A DNA stretch of 64,000 bases from Rickettsia sp. (GCA_038131245.1 JAYPPA010000004.1:14038-78037); one strand, 5' to 3'; positions 35,838 through 46,003 are shown, counted from the stretch's first letter. Made by a program: numbers and translations. Notes: a model not told the origin generated them from the letters alone.

Positions 35838-36723
35838 ACATTTACAGACATTAGAAAATGAATCAATTTATATTATCAGAGAGGCAATAGCCCAAAGTGA
35901 TAATCCGGTTTTGCTTTATTCGATTGGCAAAGATTCTTCGGTACTTTTGCATTTATTGTTGAAGAGTTTTTACCCGGCAAAGCCACCAGTCAAGATTCTT
36001 CATGTTGATACTGGTTGGAAATTTAAGGAAATGATTGAATTTCGTGATTATCAGGCGAAAAAATTTGGGCTTGATTTGATTGTGCATCACAATAAATCTG
36101 GCGCAGATCAAGGAATCGTACCGCACGGTGAGACTTCGAAGATTTACACTGATGTAATGAAGACACAGGCTTTAAAACAGGCGCTTGACGAGCATGAATT
36201 TGATTTGGCACTTGGTGGTGCTAGGCGCGATGAGGAAAAGTCGCGCGCTAAAGAGCGAATTTTCTCGTTTCGTAATAAATTTCATGCTTGGGATCCAAAA
36301 ATGCAAAAACCGGAAATGTTTAATTTGTTTAATTGCAATAAAAATGAAGGAGAGTCAATCCGGGTATTTCCTTTGTCAAATTGGACAGAATTAGATGTTT
36401 GGCAGTACATTAAGGAGCAAGAAATTGAAGTTGTGCCACTTTATTTTGCCAAAAAGCGCAAAATAGTTGACATCAAGGGTAATTTAATCATGAAAGATGA
36501 TGAGCGATTGCCAATTGACGAGTCAAAATTGCAGGAAAAATCGGTAAGATTTCGAACGCTTGGTTGCTATCCTTTGAGCGGCGCAGTTGAGTCGACTGCA
36601 AAAGATATTGATCAGATTATTGACGAGATGAAAGCAAGTAAATTTTCAGAGCGACAAGGCCGCATGATCGACAAAGATTCTGAAGGAAGTATGGAGCGCA
36701 AAAAGCGTGAGGGCTATTTTTAA
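35827..36723 (+). CDS. cysD: sulfate adenylyltransferase subunit 2
   Basis: 298 aa. '[12 protein letters not shown]', PP-loop '[14 protein letters not shown]' and 'RERIFSFR'. Confidence 0.92.
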   Translation: MLNKHLQTLENESIYIIREAIAQSDNPVLLYSIGKDSSVLLHLLLKSFYPAKPPVKILHVDTGWKFKEMIEFRDYQAKKFGLDLIVHHNKSGADQGIVPHGETSKIYTDVMKTQALKQALDEHEFDLALGGARRDEEKSRAKERIFSFRNKFHAWDPKMQKPEMFNLFNCNKNEGESIRVFPLSNWTELDVWQYIKEQEIEVVPLYFAKKRKIVDIKGNLIMKDDERLPIDESKLQEKSVRFRTLGCYPLSGAVESTAKDIDQIIDEMKASKFSERQGRMIDKDSEGSMERKKREGYF

Positions 36724-36747
36724 ATTATTAAAATAAAATAAAACAAA

Positions 36748-38124
36748 ATGATAAAATTTTTAACAGCAGGAAATGTTGATGATGGTAAATCAAGTCTAAT
36801 TGGCAGGCTTCTTTACGATAGCAATTCGCTTTTCGAAGATCAAATCGAAGAGGTAAAGAGGTCGACCGATGATTCTTTTAATGGCGAGCTAGATTTTTCG
36901 CTATTTTTAGATGGTTTGATTTCGGAAAGAAAGCAAAAAATCACAATTGATGTGGCTTATCGTTATTTTTCTTATGATGACAAGAAATTTATTATCGCAG
37001 ACGCGCCTGGGCATGAGCAATACACTAGAAACATGGCTGTTGCGGCGGCGAATAGTGATGTTATTATAATTTTAATTGATGCAAGTAAAAAAGTCAAGCC
37101 ACAAACGTTAAGACATAGTTATATTGCAAATTTATTTGGTATAAAAAAGGTGATTGTTGCTGTAAATAAGATGGATTTGGTCAATTATGATGAGCGGATT
37201 TTTGCTGAAATTAAATCTGATTATTTACAAAAAACTAAGGATTTAAGTTTTTCTGAGGTTGATTTTGTGCCAGTTTCTTCAATAAATGGTGAAAATATCG
37301 TTGAAAAAAGTCAAAATATGCCTTGGTATGAGAAAAAAACCATTATCGAGCTTTTAAATGACGAGAAAAATGAAGAAACCTCTCAAGATAATGAGCTTAG
37401 ATTGTTGGTGCAAAATGTTGTAAAGCATAAAAATAAGAGACTTTATCAGGCTTTTGTGACTTTGGGGGAAGTTAAATTAAATCAGGAAGTTTTGATTTAT
37501 CCATCGCAAAAATTGGCAAAAATTACTAAAATTATTAGATCGCAAAAATCAGTAAAAACTGCTTCAAGAGGAGACTCTATTTCTTTTGAGCTGGATAGCG
37601 ATTTGGATTTAGAAAGAGGCGGGGTTGTGACTTTGAAAGATGCGCAAAATCTTATTTTTAGTGATAAATTAAAGGCAAATTTGATCTGGTTTGGTGCTGA
37701 TTTGACTAAAAAAGATTTACTAAAGAGGGAATTTATTGTTAAAATTAGTCACAATGATGTTTTGGCTTCAATTGAGAGCTTGAATGCGGTTACTGATTTG
37801 GCTGATGGCTTTGCTAAGGAAAATAAAGGCTTGCTAAAATTAAATCAAATTGCGAATATTGATTTATCTTTGTCGAAAAAAGTCGCATTTGATAAATTTG
37901 CGAATAATAAATTTACTGGTTCATTTTTACTAATTGATCAAATTAGCAATGAAACTTTGGCTTGTGGAATTGTTGAAGACGAGGCGCAGAGTAAAAATTT
38001 AGATTTGGAAGATAAGAATCTTGATGAGTTTCTGAAGGGCCTTTCTATTTTGTTAAAAAAGCATTTTCCGAAGTCTAATTTGAGCGCGGATGCTTTTTTG
38101 GAGAATTTTTCGTCGAAATATTAA
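36748..38124 (+). CDS. cysN: sulfate adenylyltransferase subunit 1 (GTPase), no fused APS-kinase domain
   Basis: 458 aa. G1 'GNVDDGKSSLIGRLL', G3 'DAPGHEQY', G4 'NKMD'. The protein ends after the EF-Tu-like beta domains. Confidence 0.9.
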   Translation: MIKFLTAGNVDDGKSSLIGRLLYDSNSLFEDQIEEVKRSTDDSFNGELDFSLFLDGLISERKQKITIDVAYRYFSYDDKKFIIADAPGHEQYTRNMAVAAANSDVIIILIDASKKVKPQTLRHSYIANLFGIKKVIVAVNKMDLVNYDERIFAEIKSDYLQKTKDLSFSEVDFVPVSSINGENIVEKSQNMPWYEKKTIIELLNDEKNEETSQDNELRLLVQNVVKHKNKRLYQAFVTLGEVKLNQEVLIYPSQKLAKITKIIRSQKSVKTASRGDSISFELDSDLDLERGGVVTLKDAQNLIFSDKLKANLIWFGADLTKKDLLKREFIVKISHNDVLASIESLNAVTDLADGFAKENKGLLKLNQIANIDLSLSKKVAFDKFANNKFTGSFLLIDQISNETLACGIVEDEAQSKNLDLEDKNLDEFLKGLSILLKKHFPKSNLSADAFLENFSSKY

Positions 38125-38145
38125 CTTTAATTAATTATAAATATT

Positions 38146-39072
38146 ATGAAAATAGCAAATAACTTAATCGAATTAATTGGAAATACACCATTGGTTCGAA
38201 TCAATGAATTGAACAAGTCAAAGGCGAATGTGATTGCCAAGCTTGAATATTACAATCCGGCGAATTCGGTGAAGGATCGAATTGGGGCAAATATGATTGA
38301 ATCAGCAGAAAAATCTGGTGCGATCAAGAAAGGCAGCGTGTTGATTGAGCCGACTTCGGGAAATACTGGGATTGCGCTGGCGTTTGTTGCTGCTATTAAG
38401 GGCTATCGATTGATCTTAACAATGCCAGAAACAATGTCAATCGAGCGACGTAAATTATTGAGGGCTTATGGTGCTGAATTGGTTTTGACTGAAGGCGCAA
38501 AAGGCATGAAAGGTGCGATTGAAAAGGCAGAAGAATTACAAAAAGAAACTAAAAATTCGGTAATTTTACAGCAGTTTAAGAATCAGGCCAATGTTGAAAT
38601 TCATCAAAAGACTACTGCTGAGGAGATTTGGCGAGATACGAACGGCAAAATCGATATTTTGGTGAGCGGCGTTGGGACTGGCGGAACAATTACTGGGATT
38701 GCTTCGGTTTTAAAAAAGCGTAATCCAGATTTTAAAGCAATCGCCGTAGAACCAGAAGCCTCGCCAGTTTTGTCTGGCGGGCAGGGCGGTCCTCATAAAA
38801 TTCAAGGAATTGGCGCAGGTTTTGTGCCAGATATTCTTGACACAAGCCTAATTGACGAGATTTTCAAAGTATCTAATGAAGATGCGATAAATACTGCGAG
38901 GCAATTGGCGCTTAAGGAAGGGATTTTGGGTGGAATTTCATCCGGAGCAGCTGCTTTTGCCGCTTTGGAAGTTGCCAAGCGCAAAGAAAATAAAGGCAAG
39001 AATATTGTGTTTATTTTGCCTTCTTTTGGTGAGCGCTATTTGAGTTCGGTGCTTTTTGATAATTTGGATTAG
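38146..39072 (+). CDS. cysK: cysteine synthase A (O-acetylserine sulfhydrylase)
   Basis: 308 aa. '[10 protein letters not shown]', PLP-Lys '[11 protein letters not shown]', '[10 protein letters not shown]' and '[10 protein letters not shown]'. Confidence 0.93.
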   Translation: MKIANNLIELIGNTPLVRINELNKSKANVIAKLEYYNPANSVKDRIGANMIESAEKSGAIKKGSVLIEPTSGNTGIALAFVAAIKGYRLILTMPETMSIERRKLLRAYGAELVLTEGAKGMKGAIEKAEELQKETKNSVILQQFKNQANVEIHQKTTAEEIWRDTNGKIDILVSGVGTGGTITGIASVLKKRNPDFKAIAVEPEASPVLSGGQGGPHKIQGIGAGFVPDILDTSLIDEIFKVSNEDAINTARQLALKEGILGGISSGAAAFAALEVAKRKENKGKNIVFILPSFGERYLSSVLFDNLD

Positions 39073-39077
39073 GCTTC

Positions 39078-39165
39078 GTAATTTTATCCCTAGAGCATCA
39101 ATTGGATCGTCCAAGTACTATAGTACGAGGATCTCGCCAATTAACACTCTAGGAGCAAAATTATT
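39078..39165. repeat. 88-bp palindromic element (family with core ..caattggatcg.cca.gtact.ta..) between cysK and cysE
   Basis: The left arm (gtaattttatccctagagcatcaattggatcgtccaagtac) pairs with 39125-39165. Related copies lie at 48244-48292 and 57643-57730, with a half copy at 57784-57814. Confidence 0.85.
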
Positions 39166-39201
39166 TTGCCTAAAAATTGAATTCAAAAATAAAAATATAA
39201 A

Positions 39202-39726
39202 ATGAAAATAAAATTTTTCGAACATATAAGAAAGAATGACCCAGCAGCAAAAAGCTATCTCGAGATTTTGCTTTGCTATCCGGGCGTGCATGCAGTGGCG
39301 CTTCACCTTGTAGCGCACCTGCTACTAAAGCTTCACTTGCCGATTTTGCCGAGATTGATTTCGCATATTTCACGGATTTTGACTGGGATCGAGATTCACC
39401 CTGGGGCGAAAATCGGTAAAAATTTGTTTATCGATCACGGGCACGGTGTGGTGATTGGCCAAACTGCGATTATTGGTGATAATGTCGTGATTTATCATGG
39501 AGTAACCCTAGGCGGCAGATCCGCGCAAAAAATCAAACGCCATCCAACTATCGGCAATAATGTGATAATTGGCGCTGGGGCAAAAATTATTGGCGATGTC
39601 AAAATTGGCGATGGTGCTAAAATTGGTCCAAATGCGGTAATTTTAAAGGATGTGGCCAAGAACGAAGTTTTCGCCAGCGAAGTTGCAAAGAGGATCTTAC
39701 GCGACGAGATTGAGTATTATATTTAA
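39202..39726 (+). CDS. cysE: serine O-acetyltransferase
   Basis: 174 aa. '[44 protein letters not shown]' is the hexapeptide-repeat left-handed beta-helix of the SAT family. Confidence 0.88.
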   Translation: MKIKFFEHIRKNDPAAKSYLEILLCYPGVHAVALHLVAHLLLKLHLPILPRLISHISRILTGIEIHPGAKIGKNLFIDHGHGVVIGQTAIIGDNVVIYHGVTLGGRSAQKIKRHPTIGNNVIIGAGAKIIGDVKIGDGAKIGPNAVILKDVAKNEVFASEVAKRILRDEIEYYI

Positions 39727-40286
39727 GCCTTTCTCCTATTTATAAAATATGTCATCAAGGAATTAATAATAATCATAGCAATTGAGTGCAGCATTGTTGC
39801 AATGTTATAAGATTCTATGAGATATAATGTAAGTAAATGCCGCAAAACATTCATGCTGTAAAGTGTAGAGGTCTCGCTTTCCGGGTTTTCCCAGGTTTTG
39901 CGAAGCGCCGGGATAAATCCTATGACATCAATAATAACAACAATGATTACTGAAATTGTTGGATCTTTAGTTAAAGCCCATGGAATCAGTCCAATTAATG
40001 ATGCGACTAAGAAATAATGATCTCTTTTTGGGATATTTTTAAAGCCATATTTCAGCGAAGAAAGAAAAATTATTACCGTAAAAACTTCAGCAACAAAAGT
40101 AGGAATTGCGCCAATCCCAGCACCTTTTACGACTTGACCAAAAAATACCACAGCAGAAATAATCGACCAAATAAGCCAAGTATATGGGTGAGGCTTGGTT
40201 TTAAGCTTAACAACATCGATCAGATATTTTCCATTGCCAATAAGTGCAAAAATTACCGCGATTGTTGTTAAGATTATCTCGATCAT
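39723..40286 (-). CDS. hypothetical integral membrane protein (~6 TM)
   Basis: 187 aa, hydrophobic throughout, no recognisable family. The stop overlaps the cysE stop region by 4 nt (convergent). Confidence 0.5.
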   Translation of the reverse strand: MIEIILTTIAVIFALIGNGKYLIDVVKLKTKPHPYTWLIWSIISAVVFFGQVVKGAGIGAIPTFVAEVFTVIIFLSSLKYGFKNIPKRDHYFLVASLIGLIPWALTKDPTISVIIVVIIDVIGFIPALRKTWENPESETSTLYSMNVLRHLLTLYLIESYNIATMLHSIAMIIINSLMTYFINRRKA

Positions 40287-40295
40287 TTTTAGATT

Positions 40296-41285
40296 CTAGC
40301 AAAGTTGATTATTGGATTTCTGGTTTTTTTCGAAACATTCAATATTATAAATTGTCGTGCTGGCGATATTTTCTAGCGCTTGGGTGGTTAGAAATGCCTG
40401 ATGTCCGGTAATCATCACGTTATCTCTTTTTTGTAAATCATTGAATAATTCGTCATTGATATTATCTTTAGAGTGATCTTGGAAAAATAGATTTTTTTCA
40501 AATTCATAAACATCAAGTCCAGCCGCACCAACTTTTTTACTGTTTAGGGCGGCGATTAAATCTTTGGTGTTAATAATTTTTCCTCGCGCAGTATTGATTA
40601 TGAACACTCCATCTTTCATGAGGGCGAATTTCTCCTTATTTAACAGGTACTCAGTAGATTTATTAAGCGGACAATGCAGGCTGATGATATCGGAATTTTT
40701 ACATAATTCATCAAAAGAAACATATTCTATATTCAAGTTATTTTTCAGCTCTTGATTTTCTTCAATATCATAGGCGAGCACTCTACAGCCAAAACCGCTG
40801 GCAATAGTCGCAAAAACCGAGCCAATTTTCCCGGTGCCAACAATTCCGATAGTTTTGGTATTTATATCAAAGCCAATTAATTGGTCTAGTTGAAAATCAT
40901 GCCTTGCTACTAATTTTTGGGCTAATTTGACTTTGCGATTTAGGCATAAAGTTAATGTCATTGCATGCTGAGCCACAGAATAAGGAGAATATTGCGGCAC
41001 ATTTGCAACTCTGATCCCAAATTCTTGGCATTTTTTCAAATCAACATTATCATATCCCGCAGCGCGAATTGCTATATATTTTACGCCGATTTTACTAAGC
41101 TCTTCAATTATTTGACCATTTGCATTATCATTAGCAAATAAACACACACATTGAAAACCTTTGGCAAGACTTACCGTTTCTATATCCAAGGCTTTTTTGG
41201 TAAAAACTAATTCTTGTTTTTGCAAAGCCGCCGTTTTCAAGAAAGTTTCTTCAAAATCGTGAGTACTATATATTATTGTTTTCAT
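40296..41285 (-). CDS. D-isomer-specific 2-hydroxyacid dehydrogenase (D-lactate dehydrogenase-like)
   Basis: 'IGIVGTGKIGSVFA' NAD fold, 'NTARG' and 'LDVYEFE' with a catalytic His region 'ITGHQAFLT'. ATG 41285 (MKTIIYST) is preferred over the track start at 41300. Confidence 0.85.
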   Translation of the reverse strand: MKTIIYSTHDFEETFLKTAALQKQELVFTKKALDIETVSLAKGFQCVCLFANDNANGQIIEELSKIGVKYIAIRAAGYDNVDLKKCQEFGIRVANVPQYSPYSVAQHAMTLTLCLNRKVKLAQKLVARHDFQLDQLIGFDINTKTIGIVGTGKIGSVFATIASGFGCRVLAYDIEENQELKNNLNIEYVSFDELCKNSDIISLHCPLNKSTEYLLNKEKFALMKDGVFIINTARGKIINTKDLIAALNSKKVGAAGLDVYEFEKNLFFQDHSKDNINDELFNDLQKRDNVMITGHQAFLTTQALENIASTTIYNIECFEKNQKSNNQLC

Positions 41286-41661
41286 TTTTTTTGTTACCAA
41301 TTCTTTTTAAACAAAATTCTAAATCTTTTAGTATTTTATCAAAATCAGCATCTTTAATTTGGGTTTTGGCGATAATTACATAGTCAAAGCCATTTTCAGC
41401 AAATTTCGGGAAGGTTTTTTTCACAGCCTCGCGAAGTCTTCTTTTGGCGCGATTTCTAATTACGGCCGAGCCGACTTTTTTACTTGCAGTAACTCCAAAG
41501 CGACAAAATTCCTCAGCATTTTTACCCTTAGTATCATCAAAATTGTAAAATTCAGGAGTTTTTGCGCGTAGCAATATCAGGCTCTGAGAGTAGAATTTGT
41601 CGTTATTTTTGCTGATTTTTTGATATTCAGCAGTTTTTGTAATTTTTAAGATTTTTAGCAT
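41266..41661 (-). CDS. rnpA: ribonuclease P protein component
   Basis: 131 aa. 'FGVTASKKVGSAVIRNRAKRRLREA' is the RNR motif. Lies downstream of rpmH. Confidence 0.85.
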   Translation of the reverse strand: MLKILKITKTAEYQKISKNNDKFYSQSLILLRAKTPEFYNFDDTKGKNAEEFCRFGVTASKKVGSAVIRNRAKRRLREAVKKTFPKFAENGFDYVIIAKTQIKDADFDKILKDLEFCLKRIGNKKNENNNI

Positions 41662-41799
41662 TATGATTTATGCTGCGGTAAAAAATTGACAAAAATAGCC
41701 TCTAATTATAGCATATAGTGTCAAGTACAAAATTGCAAGAGGCTTTTTAAAGATGCGCAAAATCAACTTCAAAGTTGTAGTGTTTTGCTTCGTGTGCGA

Positions 41800-41934
41800 T
41801 TAAACAGCTAGGCTTTTACGACCTTTAGCGCGTCTTTTTGCAATGATTGCGCGACCTGATGCAGTTGCCATTCTAGCTCTGAAACCGTGCTTTCTTTTTC
41901 TAACCAATTTTTTTGGCTGCCATGTTCTTTTCAT
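41800..41934 (-). CDS. rpmH: 50S ribosomal protein L34
   Basis: Not in the ORF track (44 aa). Minus strand translates to [44 protein letters not shown]. Confidence 0.93.
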   Translation of the reverse strand: MKRTWQPKKLVRKRKHGFRARMATASGRAIIAKRRAKGRKSLAV

Positions 41935-41965
41935 GATATTTGCATTTTTTTAAATTTGAACTTAT

Positions 41966-41994
41966 ATTTTAGAAGGTTTTTTAATAAAAGTCAA
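41966..41994 (-). promoter_or_regulatory. sigma70-type promoter candidate (TTGACT-17-TAAAAT) for rpmH-rnpA
   Basis: -35 = 41989-41994, -10 = 41966-41971 on the minus strand. Confidence 0.55.
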
Positions 41995-42005
41995 GGGGTT
42001 TTTGA

Positions 42006-43079
42006 CTAAAATTCATGACTTTTAAAGCCATAATGACTTAAAAACTGCAAATCATTGTCGAAAAACATCCTTAAATCAGTAATTCCATACTTTAACATGG
42101 CAAGGCGTTCGATGCCGATTCCAAAGGCGAAACCTTGATATTCCTCGCTATTTATGTTGCAATTTGTCAAAACATTGGGATTTATCATGCCACAGCCTAA
42201 AATTTCCATGAATTTCTCGTTTGAGCCAATTTTTATGCGATTATTGTCGATTTTATAGCCAATGTCGACTTCGGCCGAAGGTTCGGTGAAGGGGAAAAAG
42301 CTTGGGCGAAAGCGTAAATCGACTTTTTTGGTTTCGAAAAATTGGGCTAAAAACTCCTCTAAAAGCCACTTTAGATTAGCCATATTAGTGGTTTTGTCGA
42401 CGATAAAGCCTTCGATTTGATGAAACATCGGCGTGTGAGTCTGGTCAGAGTCGCGCCTAAAGACGCGTCCAATCGCCACAGTCTTAAGTGGCGGGGTCGA
42501 GCCCAGCATTTTCCTGATTTGCGTATTCGAAGTATGGGTGCGAAGAAGGTTTGGCTTGGCGTTTTGGTCTTCGGATGATTCTTTTTCGTAATTATTGAGG
42601 TAAAATGTGTCCTGCATTTGCCTTGCGGGGTGATTTTTTGGCATGTTAAGGGCGCTAAAATTAAAGAAATCATTCTCGATTTCATTAGCATCAGCAAAAT
42701 CAAAGCCCATAGTGCCGAAAATTTCACGGATTTCTTTGATTACTTTGGAAATAGGGTGAGCAAAGCCAGTTTTTTCTTGACGAATTGGGGTGCTTAAGTC
42801 GATTTTTTCGCCCTCTAGACGCTTTTCTAGCTCAATTTTCTCGAAATTTTCCTTTTTTTCATCGATTTTATCAGTAATTTCGACTTTAATTTGGTTGATT
42901 TTGGCGCCGAAGGCCTTTTTTTCTTCATTTGGGATATCGCGCATAGCACCAAAAGCAAGGGTTACTTCACCTTTTTTGCCTAAAAAATCAACGCGCAGTT
43001 GCTCCAGCTGTTCTTTGTTTGCAACTTTTTGGAATTGCGAATTAAAATTGGATAATATATAATTAATGTCAGTAGTCAT
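42006..43079 (-). CDS. pheS: phenylalanine--tRNA ligase alpha subunit
   Basis: 357 aa. 'HPARQMQDTFY', 'LRTHTSNTQIR', 'FRRDSDQTHTPMFHQIEG' and 'GFAFGIGIERLAM' are class II motifs. Confidence 0.95.
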   Translation of the reverse strand: MTTDINYILSNFNSQFQKVANKEQLEQLRVDFLGKKGEVTLAFGAMRDIPNEEKKAFGAKINQIKVEITDKIDEKKENFEKIELEKRLEGEKIDLSTPIRQEKTGFAHPISKVIKEIREIFGTMGFDFADANEIENDFFNFSALNMPKNHPARQMQDTFYLNNYEKESSEDQNAKPNLLRTHTSNTQIRKMLGSTPPLKTVAIGRVFRRDSDQTHTPMFHQIEGFIVDKTTNMANLKWLLEEFLAQFFETKKVDLRFRPSFFPFTEPSAEVDIGYKIDNNRIKIGSNEKFMEILGCGMINPNVLTNCNINSEEYQGFAFGIGIERLAMLKYGITDLRMFFDNDLQFLSHYGFKSHEF

Positions 43080-43124
43080 TATTTTAAAATTTATTTAACT
43101 ATATTATAAACTATTTGTTTTTTT

Positions 43125-43892
43125 ATGTCAATAAACTGGTTTGGTGCATATACATTATTTAAAAAAGAGATTTGGCGGTTTATGAAAGTTTACCACCAGA
43201 CTTTGCTTTCGCCGGTGGTTAATATCTTGTTGTTTTTGGCCGTTTTTACTTTGGCCGTTGGGGATCATGTACAGTTGATTGGTGAGGTTAGTTTTCCGCT
43301 TTTTGTGTCGGCGGGCTTAATTATGATGGCGGCGATGCAAAATGCGTTTGCAAACAGTTCGTCGTCGATGGTGATGGGCAGGGTGCTTGGCCATTTTATT
43401 GATTATATTATGCCGCCTTTAGAAGCTTTCGAGTTGTTGTTTGCGTTTACTTTGGGTGCTTTGGTGAGAGGGATTATGGTTGGAGTTGTGGCTTATATAG
43501 TGATTTCATTTTTTGTTGAGATAAATTTCATTCATCCGTGGCTGACCTTGTTTTACTTGGTGTTTGCTTGTTTATTTTTGGCATTTTTAGGGGTTTTGTG
43601 CGGGATAATTTCGGAAACTTTTGATCAAATGTCAGCCGTGACGAGCTATATTATTACTCCGCTGACATTTTTATCTGGGACTTTTTATTCTACGAATGCG
43701 CTGCCGGATTTTTGGCAAAAGGTGGCTCATTTTAATCCATTTTTTTATATGATTGATGGTTTTCGCTATTCTTTGACTGGTTTTAGCGATGGGGATGTTG
43801 CTTTTGGTGCGACTTATATTTTGGTGATGAATTTGATTCTTGGTGCTGCTTTATATATAATGTTAAAGAAGGGGTACAAGATTAAGAGTTAA
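43125..43892 (+). CDS. ABC-2 type transporter permease
   Basis: 255 aa, 6 TM, N-terminal 'LFKKEIWRFMKVYHQTLLSPVV' typical of YadH-like ABC-2 permeases. No adjacent ATPase gene. Confidence 0.7.
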   Translation: MSINWFGAYTLFKKEIWRFMKVYHQTLLSPVVNILLFLAVFTLAVGDHVQLIGEVSFPLFVSAGLIMMAAMQNAFANSSSSMVMGRVLGHFIDYIMPPLEAFELLFAFTLGALVRGIMVGVVAYIVISFFVEINFIHPWLTLFYLVFACLFLAFLGVLCGIISETFDQMSAVTSYIITPLTFLSGTFYSTNALPDFWQKVAHFNPFFYMIDGFRYSLTGFSDGDVAFGATYILVMNLILGAALYIMLKKGYKIKS

Positions 43893-44012
43893 ATTTGTCA
43901 TATTTTGGTGATTTTGGCGTTATTAAAAAATTTTGAAATTCATGTACCAAAAAGTACACTAAAATTCCAAAATTTTTGAATGCCTACAAATCCCTCAAAA
44001 TATGACAAATTT
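43891..44012. repeat. 122-bp MITE-like element bounded by a perfect 16-bp inverted repeat
   Basis: aaatttgtcatatttt (43891-43906) and aaaatatgacaaattt (43997-44012). The 16-mer catattttggtgattt occurs at 43899-43914 and again at 44024-44039. Confidence 0.8.
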
Positions 44013-44072
44013 TTAGAAATCTCCATATTTTGGTGATTTAAGTAATAGTTATTAACCACACACAAAAAACCC

Positions 44073-45230
44073 ATGCAAATCAAACATGCAATTTTAAACG
44101 ACGAAGATAGAATTAATTTTATAAGGTTGGCTCGAACCAATGGAGTCGGGATGGTGACTTTTTTTAATTTACTTGAAGAGGCTGAGGGCTTTGACGATAT
44201 AATTGAATTTAGCGAAGAGTTTCTTAGGGGGGCGAATCCGAAAAAGCCGATTGAGATTACTTCGCGGGCGCGGGCTTTGAAGGAGATTGAGGATGTTGAA
44301 AAGTTTGGCGCGCGGATGCTTTTGATTACCGATGAGGATTATCCAGAGCTTTTGCGACACATTCCAGATCCGCCACCGATACTTACTGTGAAAGGTGATA
44401 TTTCTTTGCTTGATCGCGATATTATTGGGGTGGTTGGCTCTAGAAATGCGAGTTTTCACGGGACTGATTATGCCAAATATATTGCTGGTGAGATTTCGAA
44501 AAGTGGCGCGGTGGTTGCTTCGGGTTTGGCTAAAGGAATTGATGGCGCGGTTCACGAAGTAGCTTTAAAAGGTGGCACGATTGGCGTTATCGCTGGGGGC
44601 ATTAATGATGTTTATCCATATCAAAATCGTGATTTATATGCTAAGGTTTTTGAGAAAGGCTTGATTTTGAGTGAATTTCCCTTTGGCTCAAGTCCTAAGG
44701 CGGCAAATTTTGTGCAGCGAAACAGGATAATTTCGGGGATTTCTTACGGCGTGGTGGTGATTGAGGCTACGGTAAAATCGGGGAGCTTGACTACGGCGAG
44801 ATTTGCTAATGAGCAGGGCCGCGAGGTTTTTGCTGTGCCAGGATTTCCCAGTGATTCTAGGTCCGAGGGCTGTAATCGGTTAATTTCACAAGGGGCGATT
44901 TTTACTTGTGAGGCTGGGCAAATTATTGAAGAAATTCCAAGTTTGCGGGATAATTTTCGTGGGGATTTTGCTGAAATTGAGAAAAAAAGGCTTAAAAAAG
45001 AGCAAAAAAGGCCAAAAAAGCAGGAAATTGTGGCTTTTAATTACGATGAAGATGAAAATCTGAGTGAAATTGCTGGGCAAATTTACAAAAAATTGGGTTC
45101 AGTCGAGGTTTTGGTTGAAGAAGTTTACAAATTATTTGCAAATAATGTTCAAGATGTTAATATTGCATTGTCGGAATTGGAAATTGAGGGGAAAATTAGT
45201 ATTAGTGGTGGAAAAATATTGAAAATATGA
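44073..45230 (+). CDS. dprA: DNA-processing protein A (DprA/Smf)
   Basis: 385 aa. 'IGVVGSRNAS', 'VVASGLAKGIDGAVH' and 'SGSLTTARFANEQGREVFAVPG'. Confidence 0.9.
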   Translation: MQIKHAILNDEDRINFIRLARTNGVGMVTFFNLLEEAEGFDDIIEFSEEFLRGANPKKPIEITSRARALKEIEDVEKFGARMLLITDEDYPELLRHIPDPPPILTVKGDISLLDRDIIGVVGSRNASFHGTDYAKYIAGEISKSGAVVASGLAKGIDGAVHEVALKGGTIGVIAGGINDVYPYQNRDLYAKVFEKGLILSEFPFGSSPKAANFVQRNRIISGISYGVVVIEATVKSGSLTTARFANEQGREVFAVPGFPSDSRSEGCNRLISQGAIFTCEAGQIIEEIPSLRDNFRGDFAEIEKKRLKKEQKRPKKQEIVAFNYDEDENLSEIAGQIYKKLGSVEVLVEEVYKLFANNVQDVNIALSELEIEGKISISGGKILKI

Positions 45231-46003
45231 CAAAAATAGTAGGAATTTTGAATATTACGCCTGATTCGTTTTCGGATGGGGGCAGGTATAATAGTATAGA
45301 GGCTGCTTTGGCTCAGACAAAAAGGTTGATTGAAGATGGTGCAAGCATGATTGATATAGGCGCAGAGTCGACGCGGCCCGGGGCTGTGGCTTTGACTGAT
45401 GAGCAAGAAATGGCTCGAGCTAAATATATTATACCACAAATTGTAGCGTTTGTCAAGGGGTATAATGCAAAAAATTCGACAAATATTGAAACAAGCATTG
45501 ATAGCTATCATTTTGAGACGATAAAATTCGCTTTTGAGTGTGGAATTGATGTGATTAATGATGTGACTGGGTTAAAAGATGAGAGAATTGTGGACTTTGT
45601 GGCTCAAAATGGAGTGAAAACGGTTTTGATGCATAATTTAGAACTTAAAATTGATCCAACTATTGTAATTAACAGTGGAATTGGGGCTGCGGGAAAGGTT
45701 TACTCTTGGGGACTTCGCAAGATTGCTGATTTACAAAAAAAGGGAGTGAAAAAGTCGCAAATAATCTTTGATCCAGGTATTGGTTTTGGTAAAAATGCTC
45801 AGCAAAATATCAATATTTTGAAGAATATCGCAATTTTTCATGATCTAGGTGTGCCAATTTATGTTGGTCATTCAAAAAAGCGTTTTTTAAGTGAGATTTT
45901 TAAGAAAAGCGGGGATAAATCGATGAAAACAGCTTTAATTTCGGCTTTTTTGGTTAAAAAGGGGGTGGATTATATAAGAATCCACGACATAAAATCGGTA
46001 TAA
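45227..46003 (+). CDS. folP: dihydropteroate synthase
   Basis: 258 aa. 'GILNITPDSFSDGG', 'IDIGAESTRPGA', 'SIDSYH' and 'INDV'. ATGA overlap with dprA. Confidence 0.92.
   Translation: MTKIVGILNITPDSFSDGGRYNSIEAALAQTKRLIEDGASMIDIGAESTRPGAVALTDEQEMARAKYIIPQIVAFVKGYNAKNSTNIETSIDSYHFETIKFAFECGIDVINDVTGLKDERIVDFVAQNGVKTVLMHNLELKIDPTIVINSGIGAAGKVYSWGLRKIADLQKKGVKKSQIIFDPGIGFGKNAQQNINILKNIAIFHDLGVPIYVGHSKKRFLSEIFKKSGDKSMKTALISAFLVKKGVDYIRIHDIKSV

Noticed and set aside
39118-39373. 66-67-aa minus-strand ORFs between cysK and cysE
   Set aside because: They run through the palindromic repeat element and antisense to the cysE start. No coding signal was seen.
41662-41799. Possible terminator/attenuator hairpin (agcctct...agaggct, 7-bp stem) and TTGACA-like boxes between rpmH and rnpA
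   Set aside because: The loop is ~37 nt, the stem is short, and the promoter-like boxes have wrong spacing or orientation. Evidence is not strong enough to annotate.
43940-44140. 66-aa minus-strand ORF upstream of dprA
   Set aside because: It lies within the MITE-like element and antisense to the dprA 5' end, with an AT-rich low-complexity product.
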